NCBI GenBank assembly: GCA_050084515.1
Contig: CM114271.1
Location: 39,866,001 to 39,930,000 of the forward strand
DNA: 64,000 bases
From: Blasia pusilla
Lineage: Eukaryota
Direction: 5' to 3'
Shown: piece after piece, positions 23,300 to 37,000 of the stretch
Numbering within the stretch: the stretch's first letter is position 1
Layout of the letters: each line of letters opens with the position of its first letter
Program-made: the position numbers and the translations under genes
Notes under the pieces: model-generated
The model's input: only the letters and a program-made list of their open reading frames with translations
Databases searched by the model: none
Told to the model about the DNA's origin: nothing

Positions 23300-26200
23300 A
23301 TTTTAGTGTTGCGACCATATGGTAGATAGAGTTGAAAAAAAATAAAGAAGAGGAGGAACCAACTTGCATTTTGGTTGGTTTACCTTTTAACAATGATTGT
23401 TGAGTTAGATTTTAAGATTTTAGATATTCATATTGTAAATTACTTATTACATATGATAAATAAAATAACCAGGCTTAAAGCAATGGAAAAGGCTTACCAT
23501 GGATGAATTGGCATTCAAGTTGAGGAGATCATCTAGTAGGAAAAGTGCAAATAACTAGGAAGATGAATGCTTGAACATTTTGGAGTGTTAAATGCTAGAG
23601 TAGTTAGTTGGTGAAAAGGGGGTTTTTGGGAAATTTCTCTTGAGATGCTCGTTTGTAGGAATTTTGCACTTCCAATGTGCTATTGCACATCCTCTAAACT
23701 ATACATTTTTTATATTTTAAGCACTTTATAGGTATTTTTTAGAAACAGGTGCCTCATTGAGAGGGGATGGGATTGAGAGGGGATAGGGAAAAAGGCCGCA
23801 TAGTAGTTTAGAAATATCTAAAAAAAAATCCCAGGTTGAAATAAGGTGAAACATATCTTGAGTTGGATCTTGCGATTGTTGCAAATCAAGTTATCGAAAG
23901 CAGAACCCATGTATTTGTATCAAAGAGTAAACCTTATCAAAGGAGTCTTGGGATCCAAAGGGTCAAAAGACTAGAAAACACAACATAATTAATACACTGA
24001 AAGAGGAAAAGACCTTTGAGACCTTATCATAGCTAATGCCTAGAGTACTTGAGCATTTGAGCAATGGATAATGATATCTCTAATATTGCAAATAGTAGAA
24101 ATTCCTCACATCAATTTTATGAGCCAGTCAAATCTCATCATATATAGGACATGTAACAAACACATGTTCTTCATCCTCAATACTTCATATGTCATATAAC
24201 CTACAAATTCATTCCCTTCTATCAATGTTGAGCCATCATCCTTCCTCGATGTCTAGTCTATGAGACTCAGTTCGTTATTGTGTGATAATATGACGTAAGA
24301 AAGCGAATATTCCGCAAGTAGGTACCTTTGTTCATAATATACAAGCATATGATTAATATGAAGTTGATCTTACTCCATTTTTATGCACGGGCTGCTCCAA
24401 ATAATGATAAGAAATTACTTTTTTAGATGTTCGCGGAATGCCTCTAGTTTCAAGTCCCAATCCCATTTAGTCACATTCCATTTTGTAGACTAAGTCACCA
24501 CATCTGTTATCCACCATATGGAGCGTGAGGCTTGTAAAACTTGATGGGGAGGATGAATATCATCTGTTATTTTCACTTCAATACCATAATTAATTCAGTT
24601 GTATTTTTTGGTTAAGATACGTTAACGTTTTTGTTGATTTTTTTTTCTTAGTTTTTGAAAAACTGGCTACTTTCTGAATTTAGTGCTACTATTTTTTTTC
24701 ATCATATTAGAGGGCAGCATGTGCTATGCACGAGAGTGAAAGGATTATTCATGGTTACAACTTTTTTTTTTCTAGTTGCCCGTAAAGGGAGGAATATTTT
24801 CTTGCTACCCCGATGCCACATCTTAGGCAAAGAGGTGTTTGCAAATAAAGAAGGCACTCTTCAATAATAATCTAGATGCGTCATTAAACTAAATTAGATG
24901 TTATTTTCAACAATAAGGATTGATTAATAAGTAATATAAAGCTTTAAGCGAGTGCCTCGTGTCTTCTTCATATTTTAAAATTGATTATTGTAAAGTTTAT
25001 TCATTAAGATTTTAAAATTAAATTACATAATTTTTCATGAAAATGTGATTTATTTTTTAGGTTCCCACATAGTACATGTTAGGAGCTAACAAAAACATAA
25101 ATTTTTGTAGGGGAGATAAGGCTTAATTAAGGATATGAGGGGAAGAAACAAGAGAGGGGAGGAAAGGAAAGCGATAGAAGTATGAATTTTCACCAAGGAA
25201 GATATAGAATTGAAGGAGATCCTTACACTATTTGGAGGGATAGAGGTGAATCGTCCCTCTTTGGAGATTCAGGGAGGGCCCATAAATCCCTACATGAACA
25301 TTCCAAAGAAAATAGGAAAAAGGTCTATTTTAATTATTACCCCAATAAGCATTGCCTAAATTTGGACCTTGAGCCTTATGGTGATACGTCATCCCTAAGT
25401 GTAGAAAGAGGAAAGATTTTCCACATGGAGGTTAAGGATATGTAGCGTGCGTAGAGCCATTAAAGCCACTTGATGTGGAGGTGCATGGCTTGTTCTAGGG
25501 ATTTTTTGCATATCTAACTTACCCATGGAAATGCTTTAGAGTAGGAGTGCGATTTTGTAAGTGCTCTAGGCATTTCCTAAAGGATTTGGCAAGGATGTTT
25601 TCTTCCAAACTTCTTACCAATTTTATCTCTTCTTTCATAGTCGTGTGTGCACTAGCCTCTTGGTCCACTTGTGTGGAGCTATTGTACACATGGTTTCCCA
25701 AATTACTTCGTAGAGCGACGAGAATGGAAGGAATTCTTTTATGTGCATTTTCGGATCTCAACCCAACTTTGTAGATTGTCTTGTGAATTTTGGAGAATAG
25801 AAAATATAGGGAGTAGTGCCCTCCCGACCCTTGTAGGTTATGGCAGCCATGGAGTGATACCCTTGCCTCGACCCTTGCCAATTTCATTACTACAACATCA
25901 ATTCTTGTTGCGGTTTCTTACTGAAGAGTATTTGGGGAAACGAGCAATTCACATGACATATGATTCTACTTGCTCTATGTTGAGAAAATTAAAATTTGCA
26001 TAATCATTTTCATAAGCTTAGCTTTATTGTATACAATCTATTAGATATTGCTCAGAGATCTTTCTTCATTCTTTATAGTTTAAATTTATGAACTTATGAG
26101 GATCTTACTCGCCTTCCTACTTATGTACGATAGTGTTGTCAAGAAATAGACTACAATTGACACAACGATTGGTTTTTATGTCTAGTGTCGGAAGTAAATT

Positions 26201-29200
26201 ATATGAAATGATTGAACCCTTGGAAGCTCATCGTATTACCTATGATATCATGTTTTGTTGTCATCATGACCAGTAGCATGCATAACATGCAAACAAGGAG
26301 GTGTGAGATTTCAACTAATACCCTATTGTCTAGTCTTGGGTTTTCTCAATCTCTGGTTTTCTTTTTCTAGAAATCTATACCCATATCGATCGTGCCAAGG
26401 TGTGTTCAATCATTGCCTACGATGGAGCGGCCCATCTATTTTCTTGGGTCATCTTCCTCTACTACCACTTCAATAATAACGACGGATTTGGAGCTTCTTG
26501 AAGAAGTGACAAGATATTTGACAATAGGCCTTAGTTTGCACTTCCTTATGCCATCCATAGTTTTTGTTTGGCTAGTACTATTAGCTTAGCCTAATTACTA
26601 GTGAATCTAATGTCACGTATAGTATGAAGAGTTTCTCATGAGTCTCACCCTAAATCAACACCTCGATGCGAATGCATGTAATCGATCTAGTTTTCCAGCG
26701 GGCTTTGTGTCAAATTTCCATTTTCATTTGCTAAGCTTGGTCAAGTTTTACTTTGCATGCAAAAAGTGCAAATTTCGTTCTCTCTCATGGAAGCTAAAAC
26801 TGTAAGAATTGGTTAAGTCCACTATGATCTATGGACATGGCACCATTGGCCACATCTCATTTCGGTATATGGGCTAGTCCGATAGTTGTTTCCCAACTAG
26901 GGATGTAATGTGTTGTCACCTCTTGAACTTGAGAACTTATGGTGCTATAACACATGCCTATGCATAATGGAATTGGAAAATATCTATCCAAAATTTCCCT
27001 AGCATAAGAAATAACTACACAACTGCTTGCTATTAAGATTTCTTACTAGACCAGCCGATGACAAATGGCCATGTATTAAGACTAGTGTGTAATGGACCCT
27101 ACAATGAAGAGAACTATAAGTACTCCACTTACGTACCTCTTTTCGGCACATAGATTTTCACAAACTAATTTTTGTCTATGACTCCATTAATGAAATTTTA
27201 TATGTGGTATCCAATCTTAGGTGTTTTCTTTCACACCTGATATGAGTCACATCTTTTTGTGACTCATATCATTATAGTTGTTCAAAATTTGGCAAAACAA
27301 CTAACATATTGCATAGTGGTGTGTCTATATCGATTGCGACCTGATCCTTTTCTTGGATCCCCAATAGCCCTAGATGCATTGATTTTATATACTTTGTTAC
27401 TAACTTGAGATCTCCATGTTTGTAGTTGAGAATATGTTCGCGTAGTATAATAGGGCTTTTGCGACTCAGGTACCGAATCTAAAGTTGTGTATGTCGAGTC
27501 CTCAACAATCTTCTTGTTCTACTCTACTACCCATCTCACTTCCCTACTACCTCACACAAGTGAAGAGCATAGATAACTATGGTCTTGCATTTAAGACCAT
27601 GTAGACTAGTGCTTAAGCCTAGCAGACTCGGTTGGAGGGAGAGACACGGTAATAGTCTGTGCGGATCGATGTGTGACAAAAGGAAGAGTGGAGGATATGT
27701 GGAACATTTGGAAACACGGATTACAAGGGGTTTGTAAAATGTATATGTGCCTCCGTAGTCTTTTCGTTTTGGTCGATATCCCATCTTTTATTCCATCCAT
27801 CCCGCATGAGTCTTGTAGTGTTGCAAATGTGTCTCGGTAGACAAGATTAGTGAGGATTACTAACGATGGACTATTGTCCATAGATGCAACAAACATATTA
27901 AAAGACTTAAAACGAAACTACTCTTTCTCCTTGTCTCCCTTGTACAATTGAGCCTATATAATAACATAACCAACCAAACAAGTAAGCAAAGAATTGTTAC
28001 CTTGGCATTCAAAGATAAGTCACACGAGCAGAGTTTTCAAAGGGAAGGTGCGATTTTTAAAATGAGGTGAGAGCATCCACATGGAGGAAATTTAGGTTTC
28101 TATGCTTGTAAGAAAACTTTCAACCATAAAAATGGAAGAGGTGGACGCAAGCCGTGTAAAATTCTTCATTCGGAATATGGATATTCCGTGGAAATGAGGT
28201 TGGAAATTAGTCCCTTGGGTGTATTCGGTCACACAAAGATAAAAAAATCTACATAAAAAGAAGAAGAAACCAATCATAAACGCAGAGAGCTTACCCCAAG
28301 ATAAAATCATAATGGCCAATGAGCTAATAACTTTGGACAGATCCACATATTGGTCCTTTTCCACGGGTAGTTTAATATCAACATCAATTTGGTCCCTAAG
28401 GTAAACCCTTTTAGGAGTGACCCCAATCACCCAAACGGCGATGTTAACATTGCTATTGTCTACATCCTCTGTGGTGTTTAACCTCCTCTTTATTTGGATA
28501 GTGCATACTAATTTTGATACCATATTCTACTACGAAGCCTTCATTAGATTCTTGACGTTATGCATCTTACCTCCCTCATTATTGACTAAAAAACACTCTA
28601 TTAACTTTATTTTTTGGAAATGGGAGTAAAACCATATGTGATTTCGCACCGAGCACGATTTTGGTGAGGAAGCCATATTGTGACTTTGCCTTTCATAGGA
28701 GAAAGGCGTGAGGCACAAAAGTATTCAGAGATGGGAGAGATGGCAAAGGTGGGAGACACGAAAAAGTTTAGAGACAATAGCGAGACCCTACAAGTGGAGC
28801 AATGAAGTAGCCAAGGGCGGAGAACTTCAAACAGCAAGGCAATACAGGCACTAAGAGCAGATACTAAAAACACATAGCCTCGAGCAATCTTCACAATATA
28901 GGGCCCCGGGAAAACTTCACGAACACGGCGCCAATATCCAAGCAAGAAAGACCTAAAACCAAGTCAAGAGCAAGCAACAAAGAGAGGCCACAACAATGAA
29001 GAGTATGGTTCAGGAGTATCTGCAGGCATTTCTTGAAATATTCATATGAGCTCCAAGGGCACCATCAGACCCAACAACCTACAATCCATCGAGTTGAGAG
29101 TGGCCAACAAAGGAGGGCCACGACGACGAAGAGCAAGAAAAGTTCGAGAACCCAAAACGACGAAGAAGTGGTCGGGATCATGAACGAGACATGAGCAAAG

Positions 29201-29490
29201 AGCAGACGACCTCAACATGTGGGAGAGCGAAAGAGCGGGAGAGGCCGTCAAACATAAAAACTTGTCCATAGAGGTCCCATCTCCCCTTTCTTTCTCATCC
29301 CCCCACTGGCCTTCGTGATCCTCAGTTTCCCGTTTCTTCCTCCTCCCCCTTATTGCCACACCCGCCATTGCCTTGCCTTCCATCATGAAATATAAATTTG
29401 GGCCCCACTTTTTACAATCGTGAATGTATCCAAGCTTGTATGTTCATGTTTGTCCTAGAGAAGCACTTGTCCATTTTGTTGCAACCATGC
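23300..29490 (-). mobile_element. Heavily decayed DNA transposon, possibly the larger relative of the 20107 MITE; superfamily unassigned
   Basis: Right end shares sequence with the MITE terminus. There are faint minus-strand transposase-like fragments (INLNYK ~26080, FLNIEQVESY ~25970). The left boundary is a guess. Confidence 0.3.
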
Positions 29491-30718
29491 AAAATACCCA
29501 TGAAATATGAGATTAGGACAATTAATTAAATTCCGCTATTGGGAAAATACTAAAATTCCATGCTTAGAGAAAAATTAAAAATAGTTATAATAAAACTCTA
29601 TATGAAGGTTTGTAAAGCTAAAAGCATGGAATCTATGTGATTTGAAGATAATACATCGAAAATGATGGAAGCACTCTTTGTGAGGAGAGAATGATTCACT
29701 ATTTTTTTTAATTTTCATTAAGGCAACCTCGATCCCCTTCGTTTGGCCCTCCGTGCAGATTGCGTTAAAGGACGTTCAGCTTTTTGGCCTCCGTCCAGTC
29801 TCTGTTTACTAAAGTCTGGCCCTCAGCCCGTCCGTCCGTTTTTCCTAGAAAAAACTCCCGTCAAACAACCCTTACGCCGTCATCTGTTCGCGATCGTCCA
29901 CCACTGGATATCTTATATGTCGCAGCTATTACCGTGCCTCCCCTCCAATCGAGCCGGCTAGACCCAAGCCCTAGACTGCGACTATCTATGCTCTTCGCAC
30001 ACCAGCCGTGCGATGCAGAATTAAATTACCCATCATTAGCCATGCGCATCATTCCTCATTTTCTCGATTGATCCCAACTCGGACCTTCAGATTTGACTTT
30101 GACTCAACTAAGGACACATGTCAAAACTTGATGGGCTAAATATGTCAGATGAGATGCGTGTGCAAATTGAGAGGACATTTTAAAATAAGAATGTAGATTA
30201 GCCTTCCATTAAGAAGTGGCTTCACCAACAGAGAAATAAAATGTATTTTTCGCATCCATTTCTTCTTTTCTACATCGATTTGGGTAGACAAATCGGTGCT
30301 AGTGCTAAGCTATTAGAGGAGACATGTGTCAAGACCATAAACAACCCGAGAAGACAGGTGTCATTACCGAGACCTGTTGCTAATGATATAGATTTTACAC
30401 AATCGGGAAGCCAGGTTCGTCTGCCACGGCCTCCCGACTAGTCCGTGGCCGTGGATTTTTCACTCTCCGGTAGCTAAGGGAAGCTGATGATCAATCTGAT
30501 AGGCGTTCGAAGGGAGGAAAGGCCAGATGCCCGACTTCGTTCGCGGATGACAGTGCGATGAAGCGCCCACGATGTTGTGATGGAATTCGTGCTCAATTCG
30601 TGGTGTGTCCTCGTGACAGAGAGGGAGGAGGAGAGGTGTGCACTTCTCACGAGCTTACGATTTCCTCATTGGAGTCGACCTTTCGGGCTGATCGGAGGAG
30701 GGGTAGAAGGACGTGGGA

Positions 30719-33700
30719 ATGCCAGACTTCGATCCTGGGAGGGGGGAAGGCCCGATGAGAAGACCGGTGCGAGGGCAGGGAGAGGGCCCCCGTTATGGCC
30801 CGGGAGGATTGCCTTCGGAGGGGCTGGATCCGGCACCAAAGCCATGGCCATGGGCACCATGGTTGGCGGCAGTAATGTGCCTGGGCTTTCTGGCGCTGCA
30901 ATTGTGGCCGGCGGCGAATTTGCGGCATCGCGCTGATCCCGAGCGCACCACGCGTGCGATCACGGCAGACGATGCCGAGGATGTCGCCAAGCTGGAGGCG
31001 CTGCGTCGTGAATGGGATCCTTCATTTGTCGAGGTCAAAGCCATTTCATCTCCTGTCGCACCCGTGGATTCGATGTTGAAAGGAGCAACAGGCGGTGGTA
31101 CCATTTCTGAACTGCTTCGACGGAGGAGAGATGAAGTACAAGTTCACATATTTTTGTCGACAGATGAGAGCGACCTTAGGCCTCTTGTTGTTGTCATTAA
31201 TTCGACCATTTGCAACTCTAGGTAATTAGACTCTTAGCTAATCCTCCTCGAATTTATTTAGGGAATTTTGTTCTTTTACTCGGCTGCAATGAAGTGATTC
31301 AACTACTCGCGAAGAGAAGCAACCACTGCACGGTTGCCAGCTTGCTGCTGAGCCGTAGTGAGGCGTCAGGTGTCTTATGGAAAGGCGAGGGAAGTCGGAC
31401 GCTCCGCAATGCCGACCGCTGAATTGGCTAAGATGAATTTGAGGTCTTGCTTTGGTATGCTGACGGAGTAGGCAGATGCATTCGCCTCGTTTTCGCGTGA
31501 CCTTTCTTCCCGTCCTAGTTAGCAATTGCCTCCGTTATCGCGTCAGATTTCGACGCTCTTTTCGTAAACAAGCATATCTCGACACTGGTATCATAGAGCT
31601 GTTGCGCACTGTACTGATGTTTACGCTCAAGTACCTCGGGAAAATATATTCGTGGATGACTTCGTCTCGCATGGTTGTTCGCATGTAGAATTGACGAGTT
31701 CCTCATTTGGCAATACAGAAATCCAGAGCGACTTGTATTTCACTTGATCATTCCTGCAAGTGAGAGCAACATTGAGTTTTACAAGCTGAAGACTTTCTTT
31801 CCATCCATTTCTATAGATGTGTTCAGGTACTTTTTACTCAACCCCCACCTGAAAAGCCTGACTGATTGCAGGAGAACTGGAAAAATAGCTCACGCGGTAA
31901 AGGTTGCTTTGTGAAGAGTCGAAAGGTAGTAAATTATATATATTCCTTGCTCAAACTGAGCCAATTAACAGATGTTACCAAAGATTTGTAAAAACTGCAG
32001 AAAATGACGTGGAGCAGGCAAGACCATTGCAGTACTCTAATCTCATATGTCCCTGATCTGCTTCTTCTCTCAAACTTCGTAGAACATTACTCCTGCTTAT
32101 TCATCCGCTGCTTTAGAAATTCGCCATGGCTATCAACGGAGCTGCTCCTGTTGATTGTTTCGATTAAGGCCATCAAGCCAGGTAAAGCTCAGTGAACCAA
32201 CCTTAGTGTAAATGGCACTGGACTAGTTAGTATATAGCTACGTCCTCATGCCATGGCCAAGTTTGGATAAGCTCTCTGAAAATGCGAGACTACAAGTGCC
32301 ATGGGAACAGATGAAAAACTTGAGAGATCACAAGAGCGCAATTGCAGACTGTAGAAAAATGTTTGGAATGATCAGTCTCAATTTATTGGAGAATTCGGAA
32401 ATAATTTTGGGAATTCAACACAACGTTAGCTTTTGGTTGCACTTGTTGGCAGTTCCATGCTGCCCTGCCTAAGGTCAATTATTGTTTCTGTGACCAGTAA
32501 GTGGAGAACCTTGGCAATTTAAGTGCGAACAACCAAGATGGTACAAGTGAAAATTGTTGAAGGATCATTTCACTTGTTCAGTAAAATTTTCTAGACTGAA
32601 CATTTTGTCCTAGTTGCAGTGAGAATGTTTTGAGTTTTTGGTGACTGTAACCTAACTGCTTTTGTTTTACAGGGGAGTCTTTGATTTTGAAGGGCTGTCC
32701 AAGCATATAACATACAGGAACAACAGTCATACACGGCAGGAGCTCATTAGTCCTTACAATTTTCTCCCCTTCTACCTTCCTCAGCTATATGAAGACATTG
32801 AAATGATGATCTACCTGGACTCCGATGTGGTGGTAAAGGTATACCTTCTAAACAACCATTGGTCAATTTTTTTGTGGACTCGCCCTAGATTGTGTCTTCG
32901 CCTAGCTTGTCAGGACAAGCCTTGGAGAACTGACTTGTGCTGTCATCTGAGTTTGTCCCTTGCCACTTTTGAAGACCTTTCTGGTGGTGTTACTTAGCTG
33001 CAATTGCAGAATGCTTTGAATGTACGTGGGAGGTTGCTATCTTCCATCTTCCAAATCGTTCTCAGAATGTGCCCTATTTTCCTTCTATTAGAGTCTTTTT
33101 TTATTTATTTGTGAAAGACTGAAGTGTTCAATGGTGTGAAGCTGGTACTAAATTCCCTCCAATTTGTGTGATGTAGTACAGAAGTGTGAAGTTTTCATAT
33201 GCCTCATCTTTTAGTTTTCCCTCGAAAATTGTTCAGGGTCCGATAGAGGAGCTCTACTTCAAGGATCTGAAAGGATATCCAGTGGCAGCTGTTGAAGACT
33301 GCTCTCAACAGTTTAAAATATATTTCGATTTTGAGCAATTAAATTCCATACAAGCAAGAGAGGGTGATTCAAAAGGATGGTTACCTAAAGAGCCCTTCAA
33401 TGCTGAGGCATGCATATTCAACAGAGGCGTTTTGTTGATCAATGCCACTCGTTGGAAAGAACTGAAAATAACAGATGCCATCGAATGGTGGATGAACGAG
33501 TACCACAAAGCTGAGAAGCCCCTTTACAGGTATGTATTTGTAACTCTGCAAACGCGAGAAACAGATGGTGTCAAATTATCTGGAAAAAAAAGACATTCTA
33601 CATACATACTTCAATGGGATTGTGGAGACCTTTGATGCATGTGCTTGCACAGTCGGTGGGCCTTCTTTACTTACAGCAGAGAACCTTGAAATCTAAACTT

Positions 33701-34079
33701 TCTTGTTTTCTGGTTTGGCAGGTATGGGCTGTCACAGCCACCATTCTTGCTGGCCTTGTACAAGAATTATGAGAAGTTGGAACATGCATGGAACACTCGA
33801 GGACTGGGACGAAACAAATTAAGCAAATTAGAACAAGAATATCTTGCAACAAGATATAAGCACAAACCTGATCAACACCCGTTTCTGTCTCTCGAAAGTG
33901 ATTTTGCTAGAATACTTCACTTCAATGGAAAGTTCAAGCCCTGGAAGAGGAGCCGTGTTCGACTTAGCACCGAGGAGATTGTGTCATTGTGTGGGCAGGA
34001 TGGACAAGAATGTCACAAGCTCTGGTGGGAATACATTTCTCTAGCTGCTGATAATGCTTTTAAGCATTATAGTGGATGA
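30719..34079 (+). CDS. Glycosyltransferase family 8 (galacturonosyltransferase-like), type II membrane protein. Exons 30719-31221, 31719-31826, 32673-32838, 33237-33529, 33722-34079
   Basis: N-terminal TM segment WLAAVMCLGFLALQLW; motifs LVVVINSTICNS, FYLPQL, IYLDSDVVVKG (DxD), VAAVEDC, CIFNRGVLLIN, GLSQPPFLLAL, WNTRGLG, ILHFNGKFKPW. GT-AG introns keep frame. The start could instead be the ATG at 30755. Confidence 0.9.
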
Positions 34080-37000
34080 AACTCACAGGAGGCAGGGGAC
34101 AGCTTCAAAGATGTGTGATTTTGGCCGGTCCCTTCATCTGAACATACGAATTGCAGTCTAGTGTCACAATTTGGCCGCCATGAACGTCTTTTCTGTGCAC
34201 ATCTTCCCCAAATAATATCTAGTGGTGTCAAAGAGTCATTACACCAGACTCCCACTAACTTTTGGGTAAAACCAAGGTTTTTGTGCCACGAAGGCTATTA
34301 GCATCCTCGAAGGAAGCATATGACACAACTTGGCTCGGTCAAGGTATTTTGGACATTGGTGCTCAAGTATGGTCTCTAGAGGGATTTCTTGGCATTGTCT
34401 CACAGAATATCTTCTATTCTGCGGGCAAGAAGAAAATGTTTCTCCCTCTAGGGGTATCAAGAAAAAGATTTTGTGTGCAACACGATTATTCTTTTACTCT
34501 ATCAATATGGTGTTGTTAGATCTTATCCACCCCCACACAATTTTGATTAGGAGGATGATGGTCAAAGGCAGGTGATTCGCAAAGGGATGGAGAAACCCCA
34601 AAATAATGGAAAACTGGTTTAGCTTGTAGCTACTCACCATAAGTGAAAGAATTTTGAAGAACCTACAAAAAAGCAAGGAAAGAATGTTCAATCCGCAGTC
34701 GCAATAGAGGTTATCATTATCAACCAAACCTGGCTAAAGTGAAAGGAAATGAGTATCCATTCAAGCAGCAATTGAACATCCCACACTACATGTTATATAA
34801 AACATGAAAGACGAGAATTCTAAAGCAATCCGGCACAAAGTTAGGGCCACTTGGAACCTAATTCGTAAATACTCATTCCATTACACATTGAAGGTGATAT
34901 GGTTTCTTCATGAAGGTAAAGCGTATCTACTCGACATATCCACACGGATCAATATTCCAAAGAAAAATCAAGTATTTCAATCGATTAATCATTTCTTGTC
35001 TTGGAAAGAAAACTACTAAGTGACCCTATTTGCAAACAAATGAACTTAATCGGGTGGCCAATCGAACATACTTGTGTGATGCACCAATATGACACTATAA
35101 TTGATGAAGATCTCAACAAATGACAATTATTTCATAAATTCCCAAATTGTAGGAATAAAGAAAGAACACTTTCCTCGTACAATAGTTCCCTTATGTTTTA
35201 ATATTAATTACCAAAATTTTTTGGTAATCAGATGGATGGAAATGAAAAGACCTAACATACGAAAAAAAAAGTGAAGAAATTTGACACATATTGAATTTTT
35301 AATTATTTCATTAAAAATAGCAAAACTAAAATTCTAGTTATGTATAAACAATAATGAAACTTGAAAAATTTTAATTCATATATTATCGCTTATTAATTTG
35401 GAAAAAAATATGCCTCTTCTTTCTCCAATCCTAATCTTTCAAATTTTTTTTAAAAATCACTCATTTAGATCTCATACATTCTTCCAAATTACAGTTTAAT
35501 TTTTCTACCAACCAAGCTTAAAATTTAAAAAAAAGTAAGAAATAATTTCACTTTCATTCTTTTAAATAATATTTTTATAAAATAATCTTATTATTCTGCC
35601 TCCTTCTAAATAATGGGATTAATTTCCCCTCCTGAAAAAAAAAAACTTGTATGCCTGAGTATTTTTAGTAAATAAAATATTTAAATGGAAAAAGAGATTA
35701 AAATTAAAGAGACTTGAGAAAATTTCTTTCGGGTTGCTGAATTTTATGAAATAAAAATTCATTTGTAAAATCATACTAAAATCTTTTTCCCAATCGATTT
35801 TGAGCTTAGTATTGGATAAAATTAAAAAAAATACAAGACAATTGAAAGGCTTCTTACTTGGCACCCATTCAAAGTCTCCCAACTAGAACTAATGCAAATA
35901 ATAACGTGATGTGAAGTTTGTTTTGTAAACCTCGATGGACGCAAACTCACAACTTTTCCATAAGATTTCTTATAAATATCTTTTTCAAGTACACTCCAAT
36001 AATACTCCAAATCCACATATTTCGTGTGTGAAACACGAGTTGCATGTGGTGTAGCTTATGATTTTTAAGTATTACTTGGATACCATTTTACGTTAATAAC
36101 CTTAATAACATGGTGATCCCTAAAATCCATGTGATTCAACACTATTACAAAGGTTATCATGACAAGTAAATTATTATGAAGGTTACATATCCCTTCACAA
36201 CATGCGGGAAAAAATTGTGCCCACATATGAATTCTTATGACACATACTAGAAAGGATGTCTACGTAATCCATTGGGAAATCATAAAATTTTAAACAATGA
36301 TGGACGAAGTCTTCCTTCGGTTTGTTGGGGTATATTCTCTTGAGCTCAAAGAAGCAAGTGTAAAATCAAATAAGGTAAAAATAACATACACCATATAACT
36401 ACCATACCAAAATACAAAATGAATAATTTTATAAATATACGTCTAATGTGCAATCTTGAAAATCAATTAGAGATTATATAGTTTTGCAATTATGGCCCTT
36501 GATTCAAAATTTCAAAAGATTGGGTCCTTTTTTAAAATAACTTCCCACCTATTAGTAACCCCTTTACCATCCCTGCTAAATATGAGGGAATAAGAAACCT
36601 ATGCCATGGAAGAGTTTAAGGAGCATAGTATTGAATCATTTCTTTACTTTATATCCAAAAGTGGATTCATAGATTTGTTTTATGATAACAATGAGATCTA
36701 ATGGGGAGACTTAGTTTATATTTTGACATATTTCAAATAAATTTTAGCATAACCCTTTTTAACCCATGCTAATTTATATTATTATTGGGCCCTCTCCTTT
36801 TGAGGCACCCTTTTCAACCAAGAAAATTGTTTATTGTCTAAGCCAATATGATTGCTTGAATTCAATTGTACACTTAATATGGATAATTTAAAATTATACA
36901 CCATGCACCAACTAATAATACTAGAACAAGAATCCCACGATACGGTATGACAAGCTAAATCAACATATATTTAAGTTTTCACCCAAAAAGTTAAAAAAAT

